Source of the DNA: Candidatus Eiseniibacteriota bacterium
GTDB lineage: Bacteria; Eisenbacteria; RBG-16-71-46
DNA: 64,000 nucleotides
Direction: 5' to 3'
NCBI GenBank assembly: GCA_031370785.1
Contig: JANMQY010000079.1
Span: 19,901 to 83,900, forward strand
In this document: positions 31,399 through 40,544 of the stretch, piece by piece
Numbering within the stretch: the first letter of the stretch is position 1
How the letters are laid out: the number at the start of each line of letters is the position of its first letter
Translations under genes and position numbers: made by a program
Notes under the pieces: generated by a model
Databases searched by the model: none
What the model was told of the DNA's origin: nothing
What the model saw: only the letters and a program-made list of their open reading frames with translations

Positions 31399-32522
31399 GT
31401 CTGGCCCGCGCCTCCACTCCCGCCCTCGCCGCGCTTGCGCTGCTGTCGCTCGTCGTCTATGCCGTCGCCGAGCGCTCGGTGACTCCCGTGCACGCCGAGG
31501 CTTATCGCATCAAGCTCGACGCCATGCGCGTGATGCAGCGGGCGGAGCATGCGGTGCTCGAGGCCAAGCGCGCCCGCGGCATCTCGATCGATGCGAAGAA
31601 CGATCCGGTTCCCACCGGACTGATCGGCCCGCAATTCACTTTGATCACCACGGATCGCGGCGCACAGTCCGCCAAGAGTCTTGCCACGCATTCGAGTTTC
31701 GCGGCCGCCGCCGCGCAGATGATGCTGCAGGGCGGGGTTCGTCGGGGGGACCTGGTGGCGGTCGGCGTGACCGGGTCGCTTCCCGGGCTCAACGTCGCGG
31801 TGTTCTCGGCCTGTCGCGCAGTGGGCGCGGAGCCGGTCGTGATCACTTCGGCAGGAGCCTCGATGTTCGGCGCGACCGATCCCGAGATGACCTGGCTCGA
31901 CATGGAGTCGGCGATCGTCGCGCGCGGCCTGTGGCCGGACGGCTTCCGATCGATCGCTGCCTCGCTCGGTGGCGGCGGCGACGCCGGGCGCGGGCTGTCC
32001 CCGACCGGGCGCCAGCTGCTGCGCGATGCCATCGACCGCAATCATGTTCGATTCCTCGATCCACCCACCGTGTTCGAGGCGGTCCGCGAGCGCGTCGCTC
32101 TCTACGACTCGGTGGCCGCCGCCCGGGGCAGGCCGATCCGGATGTACGTCAACGTCGGAGGCGGCGTGGCGAGTCTCGGCGGCGCGCAGAATGGACGGTT
32201 GATCCCGGCCGGCCTCAGTCCGCGCCTCACCACTCGCAACTATCCGAATCGCGGCGTGATCAACGTTCTCGGCGAACGGCGCATTCCCGTGATTCATCTG
32301 CTGCAGGTGGAGAAGCTGGCACGCGAGTTCGAGATCACGGACGCCGCGGGCGAGCCGGTCAAGCCCGGCCGCGGGCTGCTGTTCGTGAAGTATCGCTACA
32401 ACCTCGCGATCGTGGCAGGGGCGGCGGTGCTGGTCCTCTTCGCCAACCTGTTCGTGCTGCGTCACGACATTCGCCAGAAGCTGCTCGGCCAGCCCCATCC
32501 GGAAAGGATTCCGCTCGCATGA
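31395..32522 (+). CDS. bitopic envelope protein in the PgsA position (not CapA-like); possibly 'poly-gamma-glutamate system protein' family
   Basis: About 375 aa. It has an N-terminal TM (ALAALALLSLVVYAV), a large soluble domain and a C-terminal TM (LAIVAGAAVLVLFANLFVL). It lacks the CapA metallophosphatase-like motifs. There are ATGA overlaps with pgsC and with the next gene. The family name is from memory and unverified. Confidence 0.5.
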   Translation: MSLARASTPALAALALLSLVVYAVAERSVTPVHAEAYRIKLDAMRVMQRAEHAVLEAKRARGISIDAKNDPVPTGLIGPQFTLITTDRGAQSAKSLATHSSFAAAAAQMMLQGGVRRGDLVAVGVTGSLPGLNVAVFSACRAVGAEPVVITSAGASMFGATDPEMTWLDMESAIVARGLWPDGFRSIAASLGGGGDAGRGLSPTGRQLLRDAIDRNHVRFLDPPTVFEAVRERVALYDSVAAARGRPIRMYVNVGGGVASLGGAQNGRLIPAGLSPRLTTRNYPNRGVINVLGERRIPVIHLLQVEKLAREFEITDAAGEPVKPGRGLLFVKYRYNLAIVAGAAVLVLFANLFVLRHDIRQKLLGQPHPERIPLA

Positions 32523-33430
32523 AGGCGTCGTACCTGTTCCTGCTCGTGTTGTTGCTCGCATCAGCTCCCGACCCGCGCTCTCCAGGCGTGCAGGCCGCGG
32601 GCTGGGTCACCATCGAGAAGCTGACGGACGCGAAACCGGTTCACGTGCTGGTGCGCGGCCAGGACCGGGTCTACTTCCGGATCACGCCCCAGAGGCCGCT
32701 CAACGTCGCAATCGATGGGCCGGTCCGCGTGCGCGTCGTGACCCGGGTCGAGCTGCGCGGCGCCGGGGACACGATCGCGACCTACAAGGTCCGCGCGGTC
32801 GAGAACGGTCGCGAGCTCGAGATTCTCGACACCGAGAGCTCCGCCGCTTCCGAGACCCGGCTGGCCGACGGCCCGGGTGTGCTCGGCAAGAGCCGGCGCA
32901 TGACGTTCGATGTGCCGGCCGGCCGCCATCGCATCCAGCTCGCGCTCGAAGGCACCGCGTCCGCGCTGGTCAGGCTGCAGCTCTCCCGTGAAAAGATCGG
33001 AGACGAGGCCATGGTCTCGCTCACCCCGACCGAAGCGCCGCGCAGCGTCTCGGTGATCGAGGGCGAGAAGACCGTGCCGTACTACAGCGTGCTCCCCGGC
33101 CAGCCGGTGCGGCTTCGCGTGATCGGACCGACGACGCTCGAGCTCATGACCCGCCTCGATTTCGACGCCACCATGCGCGGGACACAGACCTATCGAGTGC
33201 GGGTGACGGGGCGTGGAAAGGTGCTTCGTGAAGCGGAGTTCAAGACGACGAAGGCCACGACTGCCACTTACGCCAATCTGCCGGATCGCGTGCCTTCGAA
33301 ATTCGACCGCGTGGTCGTTCGTCTGGGAGGGGGCGTGCATGAGCTCGCCATCGAGCTGCTCTCGCCCGTTCGCGGGTCGGCCGAGATCCGCGCGCGCATC
33401 CCGCAACCATCCGTTGGCAACGAGGAATGA
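32519..33430 (+). CDS. secreted protein with internal ~120-aa duplication (hypothetical)
   Basis: Signal peptide MKASYLFLLVLLLASA. Two similar halves: YFRITPQRPLNVAIDGPVRVRVVTRVEL...TYKVRAVENGRE...FDVPAGRHRIQLAL versus YYSVLPGQPVRLRVIGPTTLELMTRLDF...TYRVRVTGRGKV...VRLGGGVHELAIEL. ATGA overlaps at both ends. Confidence 0.6.
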   Translation: MKASYLFLLVLLLASAPDPRSPGVQAAGWVTIEKLTDAKPVHVLVRGQDRVYFRITPQRPLNVAIDGPVRVRVVTRVELRGAGDTIATYKVRAVENGRELEILDTESSAASETRLADGPGVLGKSRRMTFDVPAGRHRIQLALEGTASALVRLQLSREKIGDEAMVSLTPTEAPRSVSVIEGEKTVPYYSVLPGQPVRLRVIGPTTLELMTRLDFDATMRGTQTYRVRVTGRGKVLREAEFKTTKATTATYANLPDRVPSKFDRVVVRLGGGVHELAIELLSPVRGSAEIRARIPQPSVGNEE

Positions 33431-34581
33431 TGGGAAACCCAGAGGTGCGCCGAAACCGCCGTCTCAGGACCGCAGCCACCGCCGTTCTCGCCGCACTCAC
33501 GCTCGGCACGGCCGACGCCGGAGCGGCGCAGAGAGTGAATCTCACACTCGGGCTCGGAGCGATCTACGACACGAACCTGCTGAAGTACTCGGCCGACCAG
33601 CGCACCCTTTTCGAGAGCGGCACTCGGCCCGACCGGTTCTCGATCCATTCGCTGGATGACCTGACGTGGAATCCGTTCGTCGCGCTCGCCTGGGATGCCG
33701 ACGCGGGGCGCGGCCGCCACCACATCCTGCGCCTTAAGAGTGAGGGGGAGTTCCACGATCGCAACCCCACCGCGGACTTCCACTCGATCAGTGCCGGCTG
33801 GCGCGAGACCTGGCGCGGCGGGCGCAGATTCTCGGTGGGATATTACGGACTGCCGCACTACTATCTGCGGCAGCTCGTCGACGAAGACTACGTGACGCCG
33901 TTTCCCGGGCTGGCGCTCCATCGTCGCGCGCAATTCGATCTGCAGATCGCCTCCACGTCGTGGGGCCAGCGCATCGCCCGGAATACCGACACCGAGCTCG
34001 CATACCAGTTCGAAAACCGGCGCTACGTGCCGGACTTTCGCGAGCGAGACTCGAAAACCCACCAGGGCGAGCTGACCTTCGGTTTCACGGGGCTGCCGGA
34101 TCGCGGCTCGATCGATGTTTCGGGAGGGTGGCGGGTGAGCAACGCGAAGGGCGTGGATGGTGACGAAGTTGCGGGCGCCCCTCCCGACGATCAGGACCTG
34201 ACCTATCACGGTCCGATCGCATCGGTGCGCGGTCGTGCCGAGCTCGGGCGAACCGCGCGCTGGCGGGTGATCGGCGATGCCGGCTACCAGTTCGGGAGCC
34301 GCACGTACGATTCGAAGGTGCCTGCCGATCGCTTCCACTTCGGGCGCCGCGATGCGCTCAATGCGGTCGAGTTCGGGCTGCGCGCCCAGTTTCGCCCTCA
34401 CCTGAGCGCCCGCGGATTCTTCCGTCACGAGTCCAACAACGCACACCACGGTGCCAACGTGGCGTCCACGACCGACCTGGGAAGCTACTCGCAGAATCAG
34501 GTCGGCCTGGTCGTGGACTGGTCGGGCGCAATCTGGCGGAGTCAGCGCGCCACGGCCGCCGAGCCGGACACGACGAATTGA
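33427..34581 (+). CDS. outer-membrane beta-barrel-like protein (hypothetical)
   Basis: Signal peptide RRLRTAATAVLAALTLGTADAGA. 384 aa, rich in alternating aromatic/Gly/Arg strands (FSVGYYGL, ELAYQFENRRY, GELTFGFTG, GDAGYQFGSRTY, GLVVDWSG). Coupled on both sides. Confidence 0.55.
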   Translation: MMGNPEVRRNRRLRTAATAVLAALTLGTADAGAAQRVNLTLGLGAIYDTNLLKYSADQRTLFESGTRPDRFSIHSLDDLTWNPFVALAWDADAGRGRHHILRLKSEGEFHDRNPTADFHSISAGWRETWRGGRRFSVGYYGLPHYYLRQLVDEDYVTPFPGLALHRRAQFDLQIASTSWGQRIARNTDTELAYQFENRRYVPDFRERDSKTHQGELTFGFTGLPDRGSIDVSGGWRVSNAKGVDGDEVAGAPPDDQDLTYHGPIASVRGRAELGRTARWRVIGDAGYQFGSRTYDSKVPADRFHFGRRDALNAVEFGLRAQFRPHLSARGFFRHESNNAHHGANVASTTDLGSYSQNQVGLVVDWSGAIWRSQRATAAEPDTTN

Positions 34582-35267
34582 TGCCTGCTCCTCGCCTCCG
34601 CCCGGGTCTGTTGCCGACATTGATCGCGGCCGCAGGGATCGCCCTGTTCGTAACGGGCTGCCATACCGCGCGCATCCTCGGGCCGCCGCCGCCGTTGCGC
34701 GCCGCGTCGGCGTCCAGCTATGCGGTGGATGTGGAGTTTGCGGAGCCGCTCGATCGCGCGAGCGCCGAAGACCCATCGCACTATGCGCTGGTCGCCGTCT
34801 CCGGTGGCGCCGCCGCGGTCATCCAGAGCGCGACCCTGGTGGACACGCTCTACGGCCGAGTCGTACAGCTCCTGATCCCGGACTGGCTCACCACCAATCC
34901 CGATACCACGGAGTTCGACCTCACCACGAGCGGCGTGATCGCGCTGGACGGGAGATCGACCGGCTCACGCACGGTGCGCTTCGCTACCGGGCTCTCCTAT
35001 CGCGCGCCGGTGCGCGCGCTGCTGGGCGCGCATTGCAGCTCGTGTCACGGGGCTTCACGCGCCGACGGAAGCTATCGCACCGACAGCGAGGCGGAGCTGG
35101 TGGGCGGCGGCAGAAATGCGACGCCCAATCTCATCGCCGGCGATCCCAACAGCCTGCTGCTGGTGAAGTGCCGGCCGGGCAACTCGATGTTCAATCGTGG
35201 CAACCTCTCCTTCCTCGACTTCGAGATCCTTCTCAACTGGGTCGTGAGTTACTCGGCGCGTTCGTAG
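34581..35267 (+). CDS. lipoprotein with Ig-like N-domain and CxxCH (planctomycete-cytochrome-c-like) C-domain
   Basis: Lipobox LFVTGC. SYAVDVEFAEPLDRASAEDPSHYALV resembles an SbsA-type Ig domain. LLGAHCSSCHGASRADGSYRTDSEAELVGGGRNATPNLIAGDPNSLLLVK...LSFLDFEILLNWV resembles a PSCyt1-type domain. The start could be TTG 34578 or ATG 34581. Confidence 0.6.
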   Translation: MPAPRLRPGLLPTLIAAAGIALFVTGCHTARILGPPPPLRAASASSYAVDVEFAEPLDRASAEDPSHYALVAVSGGAAAVIQSATLVDTLYGRVVQLLIPDWLTTNPDTTEFDLTTSGVIALDGRSTGSRTVRFATGLSYRAPVRALLGAHCSSCHGASRADGSYRTDSEAELVGGGRNATPNLIAGDPNSLLLVKCRPGNSMFNRGNLSFLDFEILLNWVVSYSARS

Positions 35268-35370
35268 CGCTTCTGCGCCGCCGTACCCACTTGTGGCCGC
35301 TTCGCGCCCGCCGTTAGACTGCCGCCGCTAAGGCCGCAGGCCCTGTCGTCACGTCCATTCCGGAGGTCTC

Positions 35371-36771
35371 ATGCTCACCGCATCCCGCGTGGCGCCGATC
35401 ATCGTGCTCGCGCTCGCGGGCGCGCTGCTCTCGGCTCCGGATGCCGTGGCGAAGAAGCGCCCCGCGCCCCGTCCGGCCGCCCCGGTGACGGCATCCTCGG
35501 CGCTCGCGCTCCGCGTGCAGCGCGTCACGCTCGGCAACGGACTCACTGTGCTGCTTCACGAGGACCACAGCGTGCCGACGGTCGCGTTCTGGCAGTGGTA
35601 TCGCGTCGGCTCGCGCAACGAGCGGCCGGGCATCACCGGGATCTCGCACTTCTTCGAACACATGATGTTCAACGGATCGAAGAACGTCCCGCCCAAGGAG
35701 TACGACCGGATCCTCGAATCGAACGGCGGCTACTCGGACGCGTTCACCGACTACGACATGACCGCGTACTTCGAGGAGATCGCATCGGACCGGCTGGGAG
35801 TCGTGCTGCGCCTCGACTCCGACCGCATGGCGGCGCTCTCGCTCCTGCCCGAGCAGCTCAAGAGCGAGATCGACGTGGTGAAGGAGGAGCGGCGGTTCCG
35901 CGTGGACGACGACATCCGGGGCATGCTCGACGAGCCGCTGTGGGCGACCGCGTTCGAGGCCTCGCCCTATCACTGGCCGGTGATCGGCTGGATGGGCGAC
36001 CTCAACCGGATCACGCGCGAAGACATGGTCGAGTACTTCCGGATTCACTACGCGCCGGACAACTGCATTCTCGCGCTGGTCGGGGATTTCGATTCGAAGG
36101 CCGCGCTCGACAGCATTCGGACGTACTTTGGCTCGATTCCGCGCCAGCCGGCGCCGCCCGAGCCGGTGGACTCGGAGCCCGAGCAGAGAGGCGCTCGCCA
36201 CCTCGAGGTGCACTATCCGGCGCAGAACGTCACGTTCCTCGCGGGTTACAAGGCGCCGGCCGCGAAGAGCGCCGATGCGCCGGTGCTCGATTTACTGCGC
36301 TCGATTCTCGGCGACGGCGAGTCGTCCCGGCTGCACCAGGCGCTGGTGTACGAGGGGCAGATGGCGATCGAGGCCTCCTGCGCGTACCAGGCCCGCATTG
36401 CTCCTGGCCTCATGGAATTCACCGTCGAGCTGAAGCCGGGCCGCAGCGCACAGGAAGGGTTGAAGGCGCTCGACTCGGTGTTGACGCACCTGTCGGACCA
36501 GGGCCCGAGCGAGCGCGAGCTCCAGAAGGCGCGCAATCAGCTCGAGGCGGCGGTGGTGCGCTCGCTCAAGACCAACAACGGCGTGGGCCAGCAGCTCGGC
36601 TACTTCGAGCACGTGTTCGGGGACTACCGCACACTGTTCCAGACCGTGGAGCGCTATCGCACGGTCAGCGCGGAGGACTGCCGGCGCGTGGCGAAGCAGG
36701 TATTCGATGCGAAGCGGCGCACGGTGGCGGTGCTCGTGCCCGACAAGGGCGCCGAGGATGCCGCACCATGA
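35371..36771 (+). CDS. M16 family zinc peptidase (active subunit)
   Basis: Signal peptide, then the HxxEH inverted zinc motif in GISHFFEHMMFNGS. Confidence 0.88.
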   Translation: MLTASRVAPIIVLALAGALLSAPDAVAKKRPAPRPAAPVTASSALALRVQRVTLGNGLTVLLHEDHSVPTVAFWQWYRVGSRNERPGITGISHFFEHMMFNGSKNVPPKEYDRILESNGGYSDAFTDYDMTAYFEEIASDRLGVVLRLDSDRMAALSLLPEQLKSEIDVVKEERRFRVDDDIRGMLDEPLWATAFEASPYHWPVIGWMGDLNRITREDMVEYFRIHYAPDNCILALVGDFDSKAALDSIRTYFGSIPRQPAPPEPVDSEPEQRGARHLEVHYPAQNVTFLAGYKAPAAKSADAPVLDLLRSILGDGESSRLHQALVYEGQMAIEASCAYQARIAPGLMEFTVELKPGRSAQEGLKALDSVLTHLSDQGPSERELQKARNQLEAAVVRSLKTNNGVGQQLGYFEHVFGDYRTLFQTVERYRTVSAEDCRRVAKQVFDAKRRTVAVLVPDKGAEDAAP

Positions 36772-38150
36772 GCGCGCGCCGGATCGGAATCGCGTTGCTG
36801 GCGGCGGGTCTGGTTCACTTCGCCCCGCCGGCGAGCGCGGCGGCGGTCGCGTTGCCGCCGGCCGTGCGCGTCACGCTCAAGAACGGGCTGGTCGTGATCG
36901 TCAGCCCCACCCACCGCCTGCCGCTGGTCGACTTTCGGCTGGTGGCCCGCGCCGGATCGAGCAGCGATCCCACGGGCAAGGAAGGCGTCGCCGGGCTCAC
37001 CGCGGATCTTCTGACCCAGGGCGCTGGAGCGCGCGGCGCTCGCCAGCTCGCCGAGGACATCGCGTTCATCGGAGGCACGCTCGAGGCGGGCGCGCTCGCC
37101 GAGCAGCTCGTGGTCACCTGCGAAGTGCTGAAGAAGGACATGGCGACCGGGCTCGAGCTGCTCCACGACGTGCTGGTCGCGCCCGCGTTTCCCGCCGAGG
37201 AGTTCGCGCGCAAGAAGGACGAGGCGCTGAGCGCGATCGTGGCCGCGCGGGATGATCCTTCGTCGGTGGCCGATCGCGCACTGCTTCCCTTCCTGCTTGG
37301 CACGGGCCCGCTCGCGCATCCGGTCTCGGGCTGGGAGAAATCGGTCGGCTCGCTCACTCGCGACGACGTCACCGCGTTCCACCGCCGGTTCTTGACGCCC
37401 GACAACGCGATCCTCGCCGTGGTCGGGGACGTGGATCCGCAGGCGATGATCGCCCTGCTCCAGCGCACCTTCGCCGACTGGAAGCCGAGCGGCCAGAAGC
37501 GGACCCTGGCCGCCGACATGCCGGCGCGCGCCGCAGGGGTGCAGCTGCGCATCGTGAGCAAGCCCGAGGTGACCCAGACCCAGATCCGGCTCGCCACGCT
37601 CGGCGTCGCGCGCAATCATCCGGACTATTTCCCGATCCAGGTCGCGAACACGATTCTCGGCGCCGGATTCACTTCGCGGCTGGTCAACGAGATCAGAGTC
37701 GTGCAGGGACTGAGCTACAGCATCTCGAGCGGCTTCACCATGTATCGCAACGCCGGCACGTTCGAGGTGAACACGTTCACCAAGAACGAGACCCTGCGCA
37801 AGACCATCGACGAGACCCTGCGCGTGATGCGCCAGTTCATCTCGCAGGGCCCCAGCGATGAGGAAGTGGCAAAGGCGAAGCGCTACCTGACCGGGCTCTA
37901 CCCGCTCGGGCTGCAGGCGCCCGACGATCTCGCGGCCGCGCTGGTCAACGTCGAGTTCTACGGGCTCGATCCGCAGTACATCGCGAACTACGACGCGAGA
38001 GTCAACGCGGTCACCCCGGACGACGTTCGCCGCGCGCTGCGCTCGTACTTCGACGTGGACAATCTCAGGATCCTCGTGGTCTCCGACCCGGCGACGGCGA
38101 AGGGCGCGCTCGAAGGGCTCGGACCCATCGAGGTGACCGCGATCCCGTGA
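36768..38150 (+). CDS. M16 family peptidase-like protein (no HxxEH, probable non-catalytic partner)
   Basis: ATGA overlap with the preceding M16 gene. Signal peptide MSARRIGIALLAAGLVHFAPPASA. The homologous position reads GVAGLTADLLTQG instead of HxxEH. Confidence 0.8.
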   Translation: MSARRIGIALLAAGLVHFAPPASAAAVALPPAVRVTLKNGLVVIVSPTHRLPLVDFRLVARAGSSSDPTGKEGVAGLTADLLTQGAGARGARQLAEDIAFIGGTLEAGALAEQLVVTCEVLKKDMATGLELLHDVLVAPAFPAEEFARKKDEALSAIVAARDDPSSVADRALLPFLLGTGPLAHPVSGWEKSVGSLTRDDVTAFHRRFLTPDNAILAVVGDVDPQAMIALLQRTFADWKPSGQKRTLAADMPARAAGVQLRIVSKPEVTQTQIRLATLGVARNHPDYFPIQVANTILGAGFTSRLVNEIRVVQGLSYSISSGFTMYRNAGTFEVNTFTKNETLRKTIDETLRVMRQFISQGPSDEEVAKAKRYLTGLYPLGLQAPDDLAAALVNVEFYGLDPQYIANYDARVNAVTPDDVRRALRSYFDVDNLRILVVSDPATAKGALEGLGPIEVTAIP

Positions 38151-39400
38151 GCGAAGCGCCCGCTTCGGACGGGTCCGGCGGGCCATCCGCGAATCCCGCG
38201 CGCGCGAAGGGCCGCGGCCCAGCGGGAGTCACCCGCAACGTCGTCGCGCTGGGTATGGTTTCCTTGCTCACCGACGTCTCGACCGAGATGATCCTGCCGG
38301 TGCTGCCGCTGTTTGTGACCGGTGTGCTGCATGCGTCGGTCACCAGCGTCGGTGTGATCGAGGGCGTGGCCGAGTGCACCGCCGCGATGCTGCGCCTCGC
38401 CTCGGGGTGGCTCTCCGACCGGATCGGCCGGCGCAAGCCATTCCTGATGTTCGGCTACGGAATCTCGACCGTGGCCAAGGGCGCGATGGCGCTGGCCGCT
38501 TCCTGGCCCGCGATCCTCGCCCTGCGCTTCGCCGATCGCGTCGGCAAGGGCCTGCGCAATCCGCCGCGCGACGCGTTGATCGCCGACTCGGTCGAGCCGC
38601 AGTATCTCGGGCGCGCGTTCGGACTCCACCGCGCCATGGACACGCTCGGCGCCGCGCTCGGGCCGCTGGTCGCCTTTGCGATGCTGCAGCGGAACCCGAC
38701 TGGATTCCGCGACATCTTCGGCTTGAGTGCGGTGCCCGCGCTGCTCTCGATCGTCGTGCTCGGCATCTTCGTGCGCGCGCCGCGCCACGTCGCACGCCGC
38801 AGTACGGGCGGGTTCCGGGGCGAGGTCAAGGCGCTGGGCGCGCCATTCATGCGCTTCCTCGCGGTGGATGCGGTCTTTCAGCTCGGCAACAGCAGCATGG
38901 CCTTCGTGCTGCTGCGCTCGCGCGACGTGGGCCTCAACGCCGGCCAGGTGGTGCTCGGCTACCTCGGCTACAACCTGGTCTATGCGCTGCTGTCGTGGCC
39001 GCTGGGCGCGCTCTCGGATCGCATCGGCCGGCGTCCGCTGCTGCTCGCCTCCTATGCGCTCTATGCAGGCGCATACGCGCTGCTCGCCTTTGGTCTGACC
39101 CGCTGGGCAGCGCTCGGCGCGCTCGCGCTGCTCGGGGTGCAGAGCGCGCTCATGGAGGGGCAGGCGCGCAGCCTGATCGCCGACTTCGTGCCGGAAGATC
39201 GGCGCGCGACGGCGTACGGCGTTTATTACACCGTGGTCGGGGCAGCCCTGCTGCCGGCGAGCGTGCTGGCCGGAGTGCTGTGGGATCGGGTCGGCGCCGC
39301 GGCGACGTTCGGGGTCGATGCCGCGCTGGCCGCTGTGGCGGCGCTCCTCTTCCTGACCGTGCTGCCCTCGCGTCACGAGCTGCGAGACCGCCATGGTTAA
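38147..39400 (+). CDS. MFS transporter
   Basis: About 12 predicted hydrophobic segments and the MFS signature-like [13 protein letters not shown]. The GTG start overlaps the M16 stop (GTGA). Confidence 0.8.
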   Translation: MSEAPASDGSGGPSANPARAKGRGPAGVTRNVVALGMVSLLTDVSTEMILPVLPLFVTGVLHASVTSVGVIEGVAECTAAMLRLASGWLSDRIGRRKPFLMFGYGISTVAKGAMALAASWPAILALRFADRVGKGLRNPPRDALIADSVEPQYLGRAFGLHRAMDTLGAALGPLVAFAMLQRNPTGFRDIFGLSAVPALLSIVVLGIFVRAPRHVARRSTGGFRGEVKALGAPFMRFLAVDAVFQLGNSSMAFVLLRSRDVGLNAGQVVLGYLGYNLVYALLSWPLGALSDRIGRRPLLLASYALYAGAYALLAFGLTRWAALGALALLGVQSALMEGQARSLIADFVPEDRRATAYGVYYTVVGAALLPASVLAGVLWDRVGAAATFGVDAALAAVAALLFLTVLPSRHELRDRHG

Positions 39401-40544
39401 GCAGCGCGAACGCATGGGCGAGCGCGAGCGCATCCGCCGCGTGACGGAACGGCTGACGCAGGGCGAGGGCGTGGTGCTGGGTCCGGGCGATGACGCCGCG
39501 CTGCTGCGCGCCCGGGCCGGCCGCGACCTTGCGGTGACCGTCGATGCGTTCGAAGAGGGACGCCACTGGCGCGCAGGCTGGATCGAGCCCGCATCGCTCG
39601 GCGCGCGCTTCGCCGCCGCAAACCTGAGCGATCTGGCGGCGATGGGCGCGGCTCCACGCTGGGCGCTGCTCTCGGTCGGGGCCAGGCCTAAGGGCGATGC
39701 GAAGCGGTGGGAGGAGATCGAGCGCGGGCTCGCGGACCTGCTCATGAGGCACGGCGCCTCGCTGGTGGGCGGCAATCTTTCTGCGACCACCGGGCCCGAG
39801 TGGATGAGCCTCACGTTGATCGGCGAGGTCGAGCGCGGCAAGGCGTGGACCCGGGCCGCAGCGCGCCCCGGCGATCTGATCGCGGTGACCGGGCATCCGG
39901 GCCGCGCCGGGGCTGCGCTGCGGTTGCTCGCCGCAGGCGGTACGCGGGTGCGTGAGCGCGCGTGGCGTCCGCTGCTCGAGGCGTGGGCCGCGCCCGAGCC
40001 GCGCGTCGCGTTCGCGCTGCGCCTGGCCGCGACCGATGCGGTGAGCGCGGCGATCGATATTTCGGATGGATTCGCGGGCGACCTCTCGCGCCTTTGCGAA
40101 GCGAGCGGGGTCGGCGCCGAGATCGACGCATGGCCGGCCGATCGGCTGCTGGCGCGTGCGGCGCGCGCGCTGGGCCTGAGCGCCGAGGCATTGCGCTTCG
40201 GGCCGAGCGATGACTACGAGCTGCTGCTCGCGGTCGAGAGCGCGCGTCGCGCGGAGTGCGAGAGTCTGGCGCACGAGATGAAGGTGCCGCTCGAGTTCGT
40301 GGGGCACCTGACCGATGCGCCGGGCATGATCCAGCGGGTGGATGGCAGAGGTAGGCGGAGTGCGCTCGAGTCAGGGGGCTACGATCACTTCGCGACGTCG
40401 ACAGGAGCGCCGCAAAAGCCGCGTCGCGCTACCGTACGGGGGTCACGCTCCGGTCCCGTCGCGCGCCGCGCAGCGACCAAGCGCAGCGGCGTGCGACGCC
40501 GAGCCTCGAGCGGCCGCGCACGCCGCAGGCGGCCTCAGCGGTAG
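39393..40544 (+). CDS. thiL: thiamine-monophosphate kinase with Arg-rich C-terminal tail
   Basis: [48 protein letters not shown] and ...GGYDHF. This is followed by about 55 basic low-complexity residues. An alternative start is ATG 39414. Confidence 0.8.
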   Translation: MVKQRERMGERERIRRVTERLTQGEGVVLGPGDDAALLRARAGRDLAVTVDAFEEGRHWRAGWIEPASLGARFAAANLSDLAAMGAAPRWALLSVGARPKGDAKRWEEIERGLADLLMRHGASLVGGNLSATTGPEWMSLTLIGEVERGKAWTRAAARPGDLIAVTGHPGRAGAALRLLAAGGTRVRERAWRPLLEAWAAPEPRVAFALRLAATDAVSAAIDISDGFAGDLSRLCEASGVGAEIDAWPADRLLARAARALGLSAEALRFGPSDDYELLLAVESARRAECESLAHEMKVPLEFVGHLTDAPGMIQRVDGRGRRSALESGGYDHFATSTGAPQKPRRATVRGSRSGPVARRAATKRSGVRRRASSGRARRRRPQR

